DNA of 35,032 nucleotides from an uncultured Lishizhenia sp. (GTDB lineage: Bacteria > Bacteroidota > Bacteroidia > Flavobacteriales_D > Crocinitomicaceae): the NCBI GenBank assembly GCA_964534495.1, contig CAZHPL010000001.1:6255-41286 (forward strand). The letters are read 5' to 3'. The notes under the pieces were generated by a model that had not been told where the DNA came from, ran no database searches, and saw only the letters and a list, made by a program, of their open reading frames with translations. Within the stretch, counting starts at the first letter, position 1. Every line of letters begins with the position of its first letter. Below are positions 16,804 to 25,332 of this stretch, one piece after another. A program made the translations under genes and the position numbers.

Positions 16804-18726
16804 ATGAGAAATTTGCGCCTGCTTACTTTTTTCTTCGTGTTGATTGGAAGTTCATTTGCCTTTGCTTCAAAAGAAAAATTGCAATATACCCAACGTGTCG
16901 AAGGTTTTTTAGTCGATTACAAGACGCATGACGAAGTAGAGAAGGTAGAGGTAAAACTCAAATCCATGGTAAACGGCAAAACCTATGTTGCCGAAACGGA
17001 CGAAAACGGGATGTTTGTTTTCAGACATATTCCAATTGGTGAGTCCATGATAACCTTAACAGACAGAGATTATCGTCCAGATACGTTGAAAGTCTTCACT
17101 ACAAATGCAAAAGAACATTTAGTGCATTATACCTTCAGCAAAGAGCAACCTTTCACAGCTAATTTGAAAGTTTCTTGGATGTTCAATTGGGGTGATAGAA
17201 CCGTTGTTGAAAATGGAAAAACAATAGTGAAAGAGCATTATTGGTCGCATTTGGTCGCTAAAATCATTCTTGGAATTTACGGCGCATGTTTGGTGTTGAT
17301 TTTCTTTTACAGTTGTGTTCAAATGTCCTTGGCAATTGCATATATCCGAAATCGCAAAAAAGTTCAAGCAGAAAAAACACCTGCTTTTGATTTAGCAAAC
17401 GCTCCAAAAGTTACAGTTCAATTACCGATGTTCAACGAAATGTATGTAGCTGAACGCATCATTGAAACTTGCGCAGAATTTGATTATCCTCATGATAAAT
17501 TACAGATTCAAGTATTAGACGATTCTACGGATGAAACCAAAGACATCATTGCTGCAAAAGTAGCTGAAGTGGCGGCACGTGGAATCAATATTCAACACAT
17601 TCACCGCGTTGATAGAACGGGTTATAAAGCCGGTGCATTGGATTCAGCAATGGATAAAGTTGAAGGTGAATTTATCGCGATTTTCGATGCGGATTTTGTT
17701 CCTTCAAAAGATTTCTTACTGAAAACAATGCCTTATTTCACAGATGAAATTGGTGTGGTTCAAACGCGTTGGGGGCATTTAAATAAAACTTATTCTTTAT
17801 TGACAGAACTTCAGGCTTTTGGTTTGAACGGTCACTTTGCTATTGAGCAAGGAGGAAGAAATGCTTCAGGGCATTACATTAACTTTAACGGTACAGCTGG
17901 AATTTGGAGAAAGAAAACAATTGAAGATGCTGGAGGCTGGGAACACGATACGATTACAGAAGATTTAGATTTGAGTTACCGTGCACAAATGAAAGGTTGG
18001 AAATTCAAGTATTTAGAAAATGTTGAATCACCTGCTGAGTTACCAATCACCATGTCTGCTTTGAAAAGCCAACAACATCGTTGGATGAAAGGTGGAGCGG
18101 AAGTATTCATCAAAATGCGTCGTAGAATTTTAACAACACCTGGCGTGAAATTTTCAGATCGCGTTCACGGAATGGCGCACTTGTTCAATAGTTCGGTTTT
18201 CGTATTTATTTTGATTTTGTCTTTGTTGAGTTTAGCTGTTTTGCACATTAAAGATTCGTTCTCTGATTTGAATTTTTTCATTCAATTCGGTGGATTCTTT
18301 ATTTCTTCAACAGTATTCTTGGCCTTTTACTATTGGAATTCTTTCCGCGACAAAAAAGGAAATTTCTTTAGTGATTTAATTCGTTTCATTGGTCGTTTTG
18401 TCCAATTCTTAACGGTTTCCATGGCTTTGTCATTGAGTAATGCAGTTGCAGTAATCGAAGGTTATTTAGGAATAAAAAGTTCGTTTGTACGTACACCTAA
18501 ATTCAATGTGGCTAAAAAAGCTGAGTTCAAAGGAAATAAATACGACAAGAAAAGCCTTTCGATTATCAGTATTACAGAAGGAATCTTGATGTTAGTTTTT
18601 GGTTTCACAGCAGTGAATAGAGCTATTTACGGAGATTTAGGAATGGTTCCTTTCCACTTAATGTTGACGATTGGTTACGGAATTATTTTCTTTAACACAA
18701 TTAAAGAATTGCGTACACAAGCTTAA
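16804..18726 (+). CDS. processive family 2 glycosyltransferase (cellulose/chitin-synthase-like) with N-terminal carboxypeptidase-regulatory-like domain
   Basis: GT2 motifs VLDDSTDET, IFDADFVP, ITEDLDLSYR and the processive Q(Q/R)xRW motif QQHRWMKGG, plus multiple C-terminal TM helices. The N-terminal 100 aa (signal peptide plus VEVKLKSMVNGKTYVAETDENGMFVFRHIPIGE) resembles a CarboxypepD_reg fold. Confidence 0.85.
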   Translation: MRNLRLLTFFFVLIGSSFAFASKEKLQYTQRVEGFLVDYKTHDEVEKVEVKLKSMVNGKTYVAETDENGMFVFRHIPIGESMITLTDRDYRPDTLKVFTTNAKEHLVHYTFSKEQPFTANLKVSWMFNWGDRTVVENGKTIVKEHYWSHLVAKIILGIYGACLVLIFFYSCVQMSLAIAYIRNRKKVQAEKTPAFDLANAPKVTVQLPMFNEMYVAERIIETCAEFDYPHDKLQIQVLDDSTDETKDIIAAKVAEVAARGINIQHIHRVDRTGYKAGALDSAMDKVEGEFIAIFDADFVPSKDFLLKTMPYFTDEIGVVQTRWGHLNKTYSLLTELQAFGLNGHFAIEQGGRNASGHYINFNGTAGIWRKKTIEDAGGWEHDTITEDLDLSYRAQMKGWKFKYLENVESPAELPITMSALKSQQHRWMKGGAEVFIKMRRRILTTPGVKFSDRVHGMAHLFNSSVFVFILILSLLSLAVLHIKDSFSDLNFFIQFGGFFISSTVFLAFYYWNSFRDKKGNFFSDLIRFIGRFVQFLTVSMALSLSNAVAVIEGYLGIKSSFVRTPKFNVAKKAEFKGNKYDKKSLSIISITEGILMLVFGFTAVNRAIYGDLGMVPFHLMLTIGYGIIFFNTIKELRTQA

Positions 18727-18748
18727 TTTTTCTCAGATTCTGAAAAAA

Positions 18749-19132
18749 TTATTGCTTCTCAATCGTTAAGCTTTCCATTTCTGTAGCGCCTTTTTCGGTT
18801 CTAAAATGAAAAGTACATCGATAGGTTTCTTTGCTGTAAACATAATTTCCGATAGCAAAAACACCGTCTGTATTTTCCTTTCCTCTAAAAACAAAGGTAA
18901 ATGACCCTTTAGGCTTTTTATCGAAAAATTCGGACAAGACCATTTCTGCTTGCGAGTGATTATACGCTCCTTCTTTCCCAAGAATATTGAGTAAGATTTT
19001 ATCTTTCCCAAGGTTGACAATTGCTTTAGCATCATTAGATTCCATAGCTTTTTCGAGGTTGGTGTACGGAACTTCCATGCTTGTTGCTAACATAAAAATG
19101 ACACCTGCGAGAATAGATAAAATTGAATTCAT
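18749..19132 (-). CDS. small secreted protein, DUF4783-like
   Basis: 127 aa with an N-terminal hydrophobic segment. The overall pattern (LxxxFxxK...F.F...G...Y) resembles Bacteroidota DUF4783 proteins, judged from memory only. Confidence 0.55.
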   Translation of the reverse strand: MNSILSILAGVIFMLATSMEVPYTNLEKAMESNDAKAIVNLGKDKILLNILGKEGAYNHSQAEMVLSEFFDKKPKGSFTFVFRGKENTDGVFAIGNYVYSKETYRCTFHFRTEKGATEMESLTIEKQ

Positions 19133-19145
19133 GCTGTGAATTTAC

Positions 19146-19153
19146 CAAAAATA
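19146..19153 (-). promoter_or_regulatory. candidate -7 promoter box (TATTTTTG)
   Basis: Perfect TAnnTTTG on the minus strand, 13 nt upstream of the ATG at 19132. Confidence 0.3.
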
Positions 19154-19242
19154 GTGCCGTAAACAAGGATTTTGACCATTCATGGAAAGTCTTTTCCTAA
19201 AAATATTTTTTTGCTTACTTTCGTGCGGATAATCCACCTACT

Positions 19243-20928
19243 ATGAAAAATTTATTAGCTGCTTTTTTATTTCTGATTTCATTTTCAGCATTTTCAAATC
19301 CCGTTTATTGCGACAGTACAAATATCGATGATACGATTTGCCCGTCTCAATTGCCATATTCTTTTCATGGAAACGATTTAACAACTTCTGGAACGTATTC
19401 AGTGATTTTGCAAAATATCAATAGTTGTGACTCAATTGTTGTGTTGAATTTGACAGTATTACCTAGCTATAACGACACAATAAGTCAATCGGTTTGTCAG
19501 TCAGCTTTACCTTTTGTTTGGAATAATGTAGCGTATAACCAATCAGGTTTTTATACGGACACCTTACAATCTGTTGGTGGATGTGATTCGATTGTAACCT
19601 TAAATTTAACAATAATCAACACTTTAACATCTACAGAAAATATTTCGGTTTGTGAAGCCAATTTGCCATACACATGGCACGGTACAGATTACTCAGTTGG
19701 CGGAACTTATGCTGATACTTTACAAGCACAAAATGGGTGTGATTCGATTGCAGTTTTGAGTTTATTCGTAATACCATCTCCTCAAGTGAATATTGCAGAC
19801 ACATCTGTTTGTGTGGGCGGAACCATCGTATTAACAGCTGAGACAACTTCTTTTGCTTGTGACTTAGCAACTCCAATCTGTGTTGACGGAACAACCAATT
19901 ATCCAAATCAAACAAATGTTCAAGCACCTGCTGGAAATAATTATGGCTGTCTTGGAAATCAACCTAATCCGTCTTGGTTCTATTTTACGGTTGATCAAGG
20001 TGGAACACTGGATTTTAGTGTGACACAAACTGTAATAACAGGTACCGGAAGTGATGTGGATTTCATACTTTATGGTCCTTATTCAAGTTATACAGAAGCG
20101 CAAACATATTGTGGAGATTTAGGCACAGCTTCAACTGGTTCAAGTGTTAATACAGTTGTTGCATGTAGTTATTCCAATGCTTCTACAGAACAAGTAACAG
20201 CTGATGTTACCGCTGGACAAGTTTTTGTATTGATGGTTACGAATTATGCAAACGAATCGGGTTATTACACTTTTACACCTGGTTCTGGTGACGCAACTAT
20301 TGACTGCACACCCGTAACAAGTCAACAAACTTCCTATTTGTGGTCAACAGGTGACACAACCGCAACCATCACTTATGTGCCAGATGCAACAGGACCAGTA
20401 ACCGTTTCTATTTCCAATGGTAGTTGTCCAACTTATGTTGACACAGCATTGATTACGGTAAATCAATTCCCTGAAATATCTGCTGCGGATCAAACGATTA
20501 ACACGGGTGAAAGTGCTGTTCTTGCGCCAGATGTAACACCAACAGGCGGTTCTTTCTTGTGGCAAGATACAGGAGAAACAACACCAACAATTACGGTTAC
20601 ACCCGTTCAATCGACTACCTACACCTTAGATTATACGGTGAATGGTTGTACAACGACAGGATATATCAATGTGTTTATTGGTGATGCAGGTATTGAAGAT
20701 CTTGCAGCGGTAAAATTAACCTTGTATCCAAATCCAGCTTCTTCAATGGTTCAGGTTAAAAGTTCAGCCTCTGTAAAAGCAAAAGCCAAATTGATGACGC
20801 TTGAAGGTAAAGTTATTGCCCTTAAAGAAATGGAAGGAACAACATTAACTTTCGATTTATCAGGTTTGACAGCTGGAGTTTATCATATTCAAATTGGTGA
20901 CAAAACACTGAGATTTGTAAAAGATTAA
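19243..20928 (+). CDS. T9SS type A sorting domain (Por C-terminal domain) secreted protein
   Basis: 561 aa with a signal peptide. The C-terminus LTLYPNPASSMVQVKSS...LSGLTAGVYHIQIGDKTLRFVKD is the type A CTD pattern. Three Cys-containing 42-aa repeats lie near the N-terminus. Confidence 0.8.
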   Translation: MKNLLAAFLFLISFSAFSNPVYCDSTNIDDTICPSQLPYSFHGNDLTTSGTYSVILQNINSCDSIVVLNLTVLPSYNDTISQSVCQSALPFVWNNVAYNQSGFYTDTLQSVGGCDSIVTLNLTIINTLTSTENISVCEANLPYTWHGTDYSVGGTYADTLQAQNGCDSIAVLSLFVIPSPQVNIADTSVCVGGTIVLTAETTSFACDLATPICVDGTTNYPNQTNVQAPAGNNYGCLGNQPNPSWFYFTVDQGGTLDFSVTQTVITGTGSDVDFILYGPYSSYTEAQTYCGDLGTASTGSSVNTVVACSYSNASTEQVTADVTAGQVFVLMVTNYANESGYYTFTPGSGDATIDCTPVTSQQTSYLWSTGDTTATITYVPDATGPVTVSISNGSCPTYVDTALITVNQFPEISAADQTINTGESAVLAPDVTPTGGSFLWQDTGETTPTITVTPVQSTTYTLDYTVNGCTTTGYINVFIGDAGIEDLAAVKLTLYPNPASSMVQVKSSASVKAKAKLMTLEGKVIALKEMEGTTLTFDLSGLTAGVYHIQIGDKTLRFVKD

Positions 20929-20961
20929 TCGCTTTACATTTCAGTCTCAAGGAGGTTTTGT

Positions 20962-20969
20962 TACTTTTG
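20962..20969 (+). promoter_or_regulatory. candidate -7 promoter box (TACTTTTG) for cysS
   Basis: Perfect TAnnTTTG, 17 nt upstream of the cysS ATG. Confidence 0.35.
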
Positions 20970-20986
20970 CAATTCGTAACAAGCAC

Positions 20987-22450
20987 ATGGAAAATCAACG
21001 AAATCTTCACATTTACAATAGCCTTTCCGGAAAAAAGGAAAAATTCGAACCTCTGCATGAAAATCATGTAGGAATGTACGTTTGTGGTCCAACTTTATAC
21101 AGTGAGCCACACATGGGAAACATGCGAACGTTCATCAATTTCGATTTGATTTACCGCTATTTTCTACATTTAGGCTTCAAGATTAAATACGTTCGTAATA
21201 TTACGGATGCAGGCCACATTACCAATAGTGCGGGTCAAGAGGTGGATAGTATTGGTGCAGCGGCTCGATTAGAACAAATGCAATCGTTGGAAATTGTTTA
21301 CAAGTACAATGTGAAATTCCAAGAATTGCAACGCATTTACAATTTATTACCGCCAAGTATTGAGCCTACTGCAACAGGTCATATACAAGAACAAATCGAG
21401 ATCATTGAACAAATCATTGCAAACGGTTATGCTTATGTGGTAAATGGTTCCGTATATTTTGACACAAAACGTTACATGCAAGATTTCAATTATGGGATTT
21501 TGAGTGGGCGTAAAGTTGATGAATTGGAAAACGAAACCAGAAGCTTGAATGCGCAAGACGAGAAACGATTTTTTGCTGATTTTGCACTTTGGAAAAAAGC
21601 AAATCCTGAAGATATGCAAATTTGGCGCTCGCCTTGGGGAGATGGAAACCCAGGCTGGCACATTGAGTGTACAGCGATGAGTACAAAATATTTGGGCAAA
21701 CATTTCGATATTCACGGTGGAGGAATGGATTTAAAATTCCCACATCACGAAGACGAAATCGCACAAAGTTGTGGGTCTTTTGGTTGCAATCCTGCTAAAT
21801 ATTGGATGCACGCTAACATGTTGAATGTGAATGGTCAAAAAATGAGCAAATCATTTGGTAACTATTTTCTACCTAAAGAAATAATCGAAGGTTCAACGGA
21901 TTTATTTAAAAAAGCATACCCTGCAAATGTGGTTCGTTTTTTCATGATGCAGGCTCATTATCGCAGTACCTTGGATTTCACTGAAACAGCTTTGGATGCA
22001 GCCGAAAAGGGATTTGCGCGTTTAACAGACGGAATTCAATTGTTAGAGAAGCTGCAAGTGGCAAACGAAAGTTCATTTGATGTGGCTAATCTTGTGAGTT
22101 CGTTTTATGTTGCGATGAACGATGATTTCAATGCACCGATTTTGGTGGCATCTTTATTTGAAGCAGTTAAGCAAATCAATTTAGTAAATGACGGTAAAGC
22201 GTCGATTACACAAGCGGATAAAGAATTATTATTGCGCGAAATGTTAGCCTTTACACAAGATGTTTTAGGGCTTGAACTTACTGCAGCAAATAATGATTCA
22301 AAACTTAGTCCGGTTATGGATTTAGTAATTGAATTGCGCCAACAAGCACGCGCTAATAAAGATTGGTCAACTTCCGATAAAATCAGAGATATGTTAGCCG
22401 CGGCAGGTATCACGATTAAAGACGGAAAAGAGGGTACAAGCTGGAGTTAA
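20987..22450 (+). CDS. cysS: cysteine--tRNA ligase
   Basis: 487 aa. MYVCGPTLYSEPHMGN (HIGH region), GWHIECTAM (zinc site), FPHHEDEIAQS and KMSKS. Confidence 0.95.
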   Translation: MENQRNLHIYNSLSGKKEKFEPLHENHVGMYVCGPTLYSEPHMGNMRTFINFDLIYRYFLHLGFKIKYVRNITDAGHITNSAGQEVDSIGAAARLEQMQSLEIVYKYNVKFQELQRIYNLLPPSIEPTATGHIQEQIEIIEQIIANGYAYVVNGSVYFDTKRYMQDFNYGILSGRKVDELENETRSLNAQDEKRFFADFALWKKANPEDMQIWRSPWGDGNPGWHIECTAMSTKYLGKHFDIHGGGMDLKFPHHEDEIAQSCGSFGCNPAKYWMHANMLNVNGQKMSKSFGNYFLPKEIIEGSTDLFKKAYPANVVRFFMMQAHYRSTLDFTETALDAAEKGFARLTDGIQLLEKLQVANESSFDVANLVSSFYVAMNDDFNAPILVASLFEAVKQINLVNDGKASITQADKELLLREMLAFTQDVLGLELTAANNDSKLSPVMDLVIELRQQARANKDWSTSDKIRDMLAAAGITIKDGKEGTSWS

Positions 22451-22689
22451 AGAACTTCCGTGTTTTCTGTTACTTGTTTTTTCAGCAAGTAGTAAAAATT
22501 GATGCAAACAATAGCTGCATTGGTGATAACTATCGGGTACGACGGAATCAAAACACCGTACAATATAAAAAAGCTACAGCCAATTGAATTTACGATTCGC
22601 AGCGTTCGAATATTACTCATCAGGAAGGAAATCAAAACAAATCCCGATGCGATGTATCCGAAATATTCTGTGTATAATTTTAAGTCCAT
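22447..22689 (-). CDS. small two/three-helix membrane protein
   Basis: 80 aa with two to three hydrophobic helices. Its stop overlaps the cysS stop by 4 nt. The family is not confidently recognised. Confidence 0.55.
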   Translation of the reverse strand: MDLKLYTEYFGYIASGFVLISFLMSNIRTLRIVNSIGCSFFILYGVLIPSYPIVITNAAIVCINFYYLLKKQVTENTEVL

Positions 22690-22698
22690 TTTTTCTGT

Positions 22699-23469
22699 TT
22701 AGTTGTTAATTGAATGTAAAACGCCATTCCATAATTGAATTCGTTTTGTTAAAGCTTCTTTAGCTACCGAAAGCGCTTGCTCCCATTTTTGTTCGTCTTC
22801 ACCACACAATTCTTCCATCATTTTGAGTGAAACAGGTCCGTGGTCGTCGCCATCCACTTCGATGTGTCGCTCTAAATAATACAGCAATTTGGAAACATTT
22901 TCTTGTCCACTGCTTTTCATTTTTCTCAAAATTTCAATGAACATTTCGGGAATCAAATCTTCTCTTCCAAAAGTAAAAACAGCTGCAATTTCATGGGTTT
23001 GGCCTTTTTGAATACAAGCAAAAGTAAATTCCACAAATGCTTTAGTTTCCTTTTCAATTGGAAGTTCCTGAATGATTGCGTTGACCGATTTTCCTTCGTT
23101 TAATTGCATCAACAAGCTTTTGATTACCGTTGTATTCGCTCCGATTTGCTCCATGGCTTCCAAATACATTTCAAAATGACTAGCCACTTTTCCATCTGCA
23201 TCCACATCGGATTCTTCGCCCAAAACGATTTCATTAATAAATCGACGCGTTACAGGATTTCCCTTTGGTTGCCAAGGAAGTTCCACACATGTCAAATTGC
23301 GTTGAAGGCTTTTCAATAAACTCATAAAATCCCAAACAGCGAAAATATGCTGTTCCATAAATGCTCTAAAATCCGCAATAGATTTAACATTTCCATATAA
23401 TGGGTGTTCAATCAATTGTTTTCTCAAATCACTTAATTCGCTTTGAAACTGTTCAAGTTGTGCGTGCAT
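22699..23469 (-). CDS. DUF3050-like (heme-oxygenase-fold-like) protein
   Basis: The N-terminus MHAQLEQFQSELSDLRKQLIEHPLY...FMEQHIFAVWDFMSLLKSLQ resembles DUF3050 proteins, judged from memory. I prefer the start at 23469 because a perfect -7 box sits inside the longer ORF. Confidence 0.7.
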   Translation of the reverse strand: MHAQLEQFQSELSDLRKQLIEHPLYGNVKSIADFRAFMEQHIFAVWDFMSLLKSLQRNLTCVELPWQPKGNPVTRRFINEIVLGEESDVDADGKVASHFEMYLEAMEQIGANTTVIKSLLMQLNEGKSVNAIIQELPIEKETKAFVEFTFACIQKGQTHEIAAVFTFGREDLIPEMFIEILRKMKSSGQENVSKLLYYLERHIEVDGDDHGPVSLKMMEELCGEDEQKWEQALSVAKEALTKRIQLWNGVLHSINN

Positions 23470-23491
23470 TTTCGTTTTTTTTTTCAGCGGA

Positions 23492-23499
23492 CAAAAGTA
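23492..23499 (-). promoter_or_regulatory. candidate -7 promoter box (TACTTTTG)
   Basis: Perfect TAnnTTTG on the minus strand, 22 nt upstream of the ATG at 23469. Confidence 0.35.
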
Positions 23500-23682
23500 C
23501 GCCATTCATGAGGATAAACGATTTGTTTTAGGCAAATGTTTGCGTGAAAATCATAGATTTTTAAACAATTTATTTTCTAAATAAAATTCGTTTTCTTTAA
23601 TTATAAATGAATATCGATAATGTCCTTTTGTTTGAAGTGCTATTTTGAAATAAGATATTATTTGAATAAATCAAATACCTTA

Positions 23683-24753
23683 TTAATCATTTTCACAATT
23701 ATGGTATTCAACAGATTGTATAATTCCGCCATACATATTATATTCTATATAAAGCCCATCCCATTTTTCTGTATAGGATTCATTAATTAACTTGTCACAA
23801 TAAAAAGCTTTGCATTTAATCTTGCCATTCTCATAATATTCCAAATACTCTCCAACTCTTTTACCATTAATTAGATTAATTTCTTTTTTCAATTTCCCAT
23901 TTTCATAATATTCATACAATTTCCCATTCTCGATTCCATTTTTATAAAAACTTTTGCAATAAATTTTATTAGTATTAAAGTAATATGATATCCATGTTCC
24001 TTCAATTTTACCATTTACATAAGTGCATTTATAAAATGGTTTAATTGAGCCTGAAGAATAATAAACATATTCACCATTCATTTTACCATCTTTATAATTA
24101 ACTGTTATTGCAATGTCACCATTCTTGTGATATTTAATTGATGGCCCATTTTCTTTGCCGTCAACATAGTTTACTTTTTCTTCTATTATACCATTTTCGT
24201 AATATTTCACAAAGTCACCTTGTATTAAACCATTTTCATAAAAAATTACTTTTTCAATTTTACCATTTTCGTGATACCAAAAACAGTTTCCTTCTCTTTT
24301 ACCATCTTTATAATAAAATTGTGTTTTTAATTGTCCATTAGGATAATATGATAATCTGATACCATTGAGAACACCATTCAAATAACTTTCTTTAAAATAT
24401 AGTTTCCCATTTTCTCCATAAAATCTTAATATTCCATCAATTTCTCCATTTATTATTTTAGCGGACAACATCGTTTTACCATTTTTATAGCAGAGACTTA
24501 AGTTTTTAGAAAAATTACTATCCAAATACTCTGTGATCAAGCAACCTCCTCCCCAATTAGTGTCGTACTTTTCCATAAATGCATAATTGTAGATATTGAA
24601 ATCCTGAATATTAAATTCATTTTGTAGTGATGAAGTCGCAGTGTTATTAATGCATTGTGGACTATTACAATCTTTCCCTTGACAAAATACAAGAGTTTGA
24701 CCATTCAATTTTAGAAATGACAGAACAAAAAGAAAAATCAATAATTTTTTCAT
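23683..24753 (-). CDS. MORN-variant repeat protein, YwqK-family (annotated antitoxin/immunity-like), secreted or lipoprotein
   Basis: 356 aa with a signal peptide. About 10 tandem units of the Y(Y/H)(E/P)NG(K/Q)(L/I)K...G.(R/K).G type (YYPNGQLK, YHENGKIE, YYENGIIE, YHKNGDIA, YYENGKLK, YYENGKIK). The gene is visibly AT-rich. Confidence 0.8.
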   Translation of the reverse strand: MKKLLIFLFVLSFLKLNGQTLVFCQGKDCNSPQCINNTATSSLQNEFNIQDFNIYNYAFMEKYDTNWGGGCLITEYLDSNFSKNLSLCYKNGKTMLSAKIINGEIDGILRFYGENGKLYFKESYLNGVLNGIRLSYYPNGQLKTQFYYKDGKREGNCFWYHENGKIEKVIFYENGLIQGDFVKYYENGIIEEKVNYVDGKENGPSIKYHKNGDIAITVNYKDGKMNGEYVYYSSGSIKPFYKCTYVNGKIEGTWISYYFNTNKIYCKSFYKNGIENGKLYEYYENGKLKKEINLINGKRVGEYLEYYENGKIKCKAFYCDKLINESYTEKWDGLYIEYNMYGGIIQSVEYHNCEND

Positions 24754-25179
24754 AAATAGTTTTTAAATATGAATTTAAAGATTAATAAAATTAAACACTT
24801 TAATTTACTATTTGATATAATATTTATCCATATTGTTCTTCTTAAGTTACATATATTTCATTTCATTGAAATTGTTAGCTTTCTTCCATAAATTGAATAA
24901 TCATAGCTAATTAGATTTTCATTATTTTCGAATGTAAGTTAAGCCCGCACAAAAAAGGCTATGTGAAATTGTGGCAAAATGATCAACTTTTGATTGAACG
25001 TGCTAAAATTATTACCTTGCCTTCCGATATTTTGTATGTCACACAAGGCACTCACCGTTATTATAGAAATGTTGAAGTGGGAATTACTGCTAATAATTCG
25101 GGTTCAGCTATACGGATGTTCTTGGATGATTTTCATGTTTGGAAAGAATAATGTGTTTTTGCTTATTGAGAATTATATC

Positions 25180-25332
25180 TATAAATGGAAATATCTATCA
25201 AAGAAATGGAGATAATTCCATAAATAACGCTATAAATGGAAATATCTAATTAAAAAACATAGATAATTCCACGTATAAAGATATAAATGGAAATATCTAG
25301 TATATTTGTACACATAATTCCACGTATAATGA
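25180..25332 (+). repeat. three tandem 51-bp direct repeats, each holding an imperfect inverted repeat with a variable spacer
   Basis: TATAAATGGAAATATCTA occurs at 25180, 25231 and 25282. ATAATTCC(A/ACG)TATAA occurs at 25212, 25263 and 25314. The period is exactly 51. The arms TGGAAATAT and ATAATTCCA are near reverse complements (1 mismatch). The 13-14 nt between the arms differs in each unit. Confidence 0.9.
25301..25308 (+). promoter_or_regulatory. candidate -7 promoter box (TATATTTG) for the ATPase gene, inside repeat unit 3
   Basis: Perfect TAnnTTTG, 20 nt upstream of the ATG at 25329. It sits in the variable spacer between the two arms of the third repeat unit. Confidence 0.4.

Noticed and set aside
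18727-18748. Possible bidirectional terminator between the convergent GT2 and DUF4783-like genes (TTTTTCTCAGATTCTGAAAAAA)
   Set aside because: The stem is short, AT-only and mismatched. It is not convincing as an intrinsic terminator.
18766-19035. 89-aa alternative-frame ORF inside the DUF4783-like gene
   Set aside because: It lies on the same strand as the longer 127-aa ORF and is fully nested within it. The longer ORF has a signal-like N-terminus and a -7 box upstream.
21347-22413. Several 69-122 aa antisense ORFs inside cysS, and similar antisense ORFs inside most large genes in the track
   Set aside because: They lie opposite confidently identified conserved genes and have low-complexity or odd composition. 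They are typical shadow ORFs.
24963-25215. Two overlapping short ORFs (62 and 73 aa) upstream of the ATPase repeats
   Set aside because: The first starts with GTG, they lie in different frames, and there is no recognisable motif. The second runs into the tandem repeats. They may be gene remnants but are not supportable as genes.
25180-25332. Possible mini-CRISPR array (repeat, variable spacer, repeat)
   Set aside because: There are only three units, the variable segments are 13-14 nt (far below spacer length), and no cas genes are present. The arms form inverted repeats around a promoter box, which fits operator sites better.
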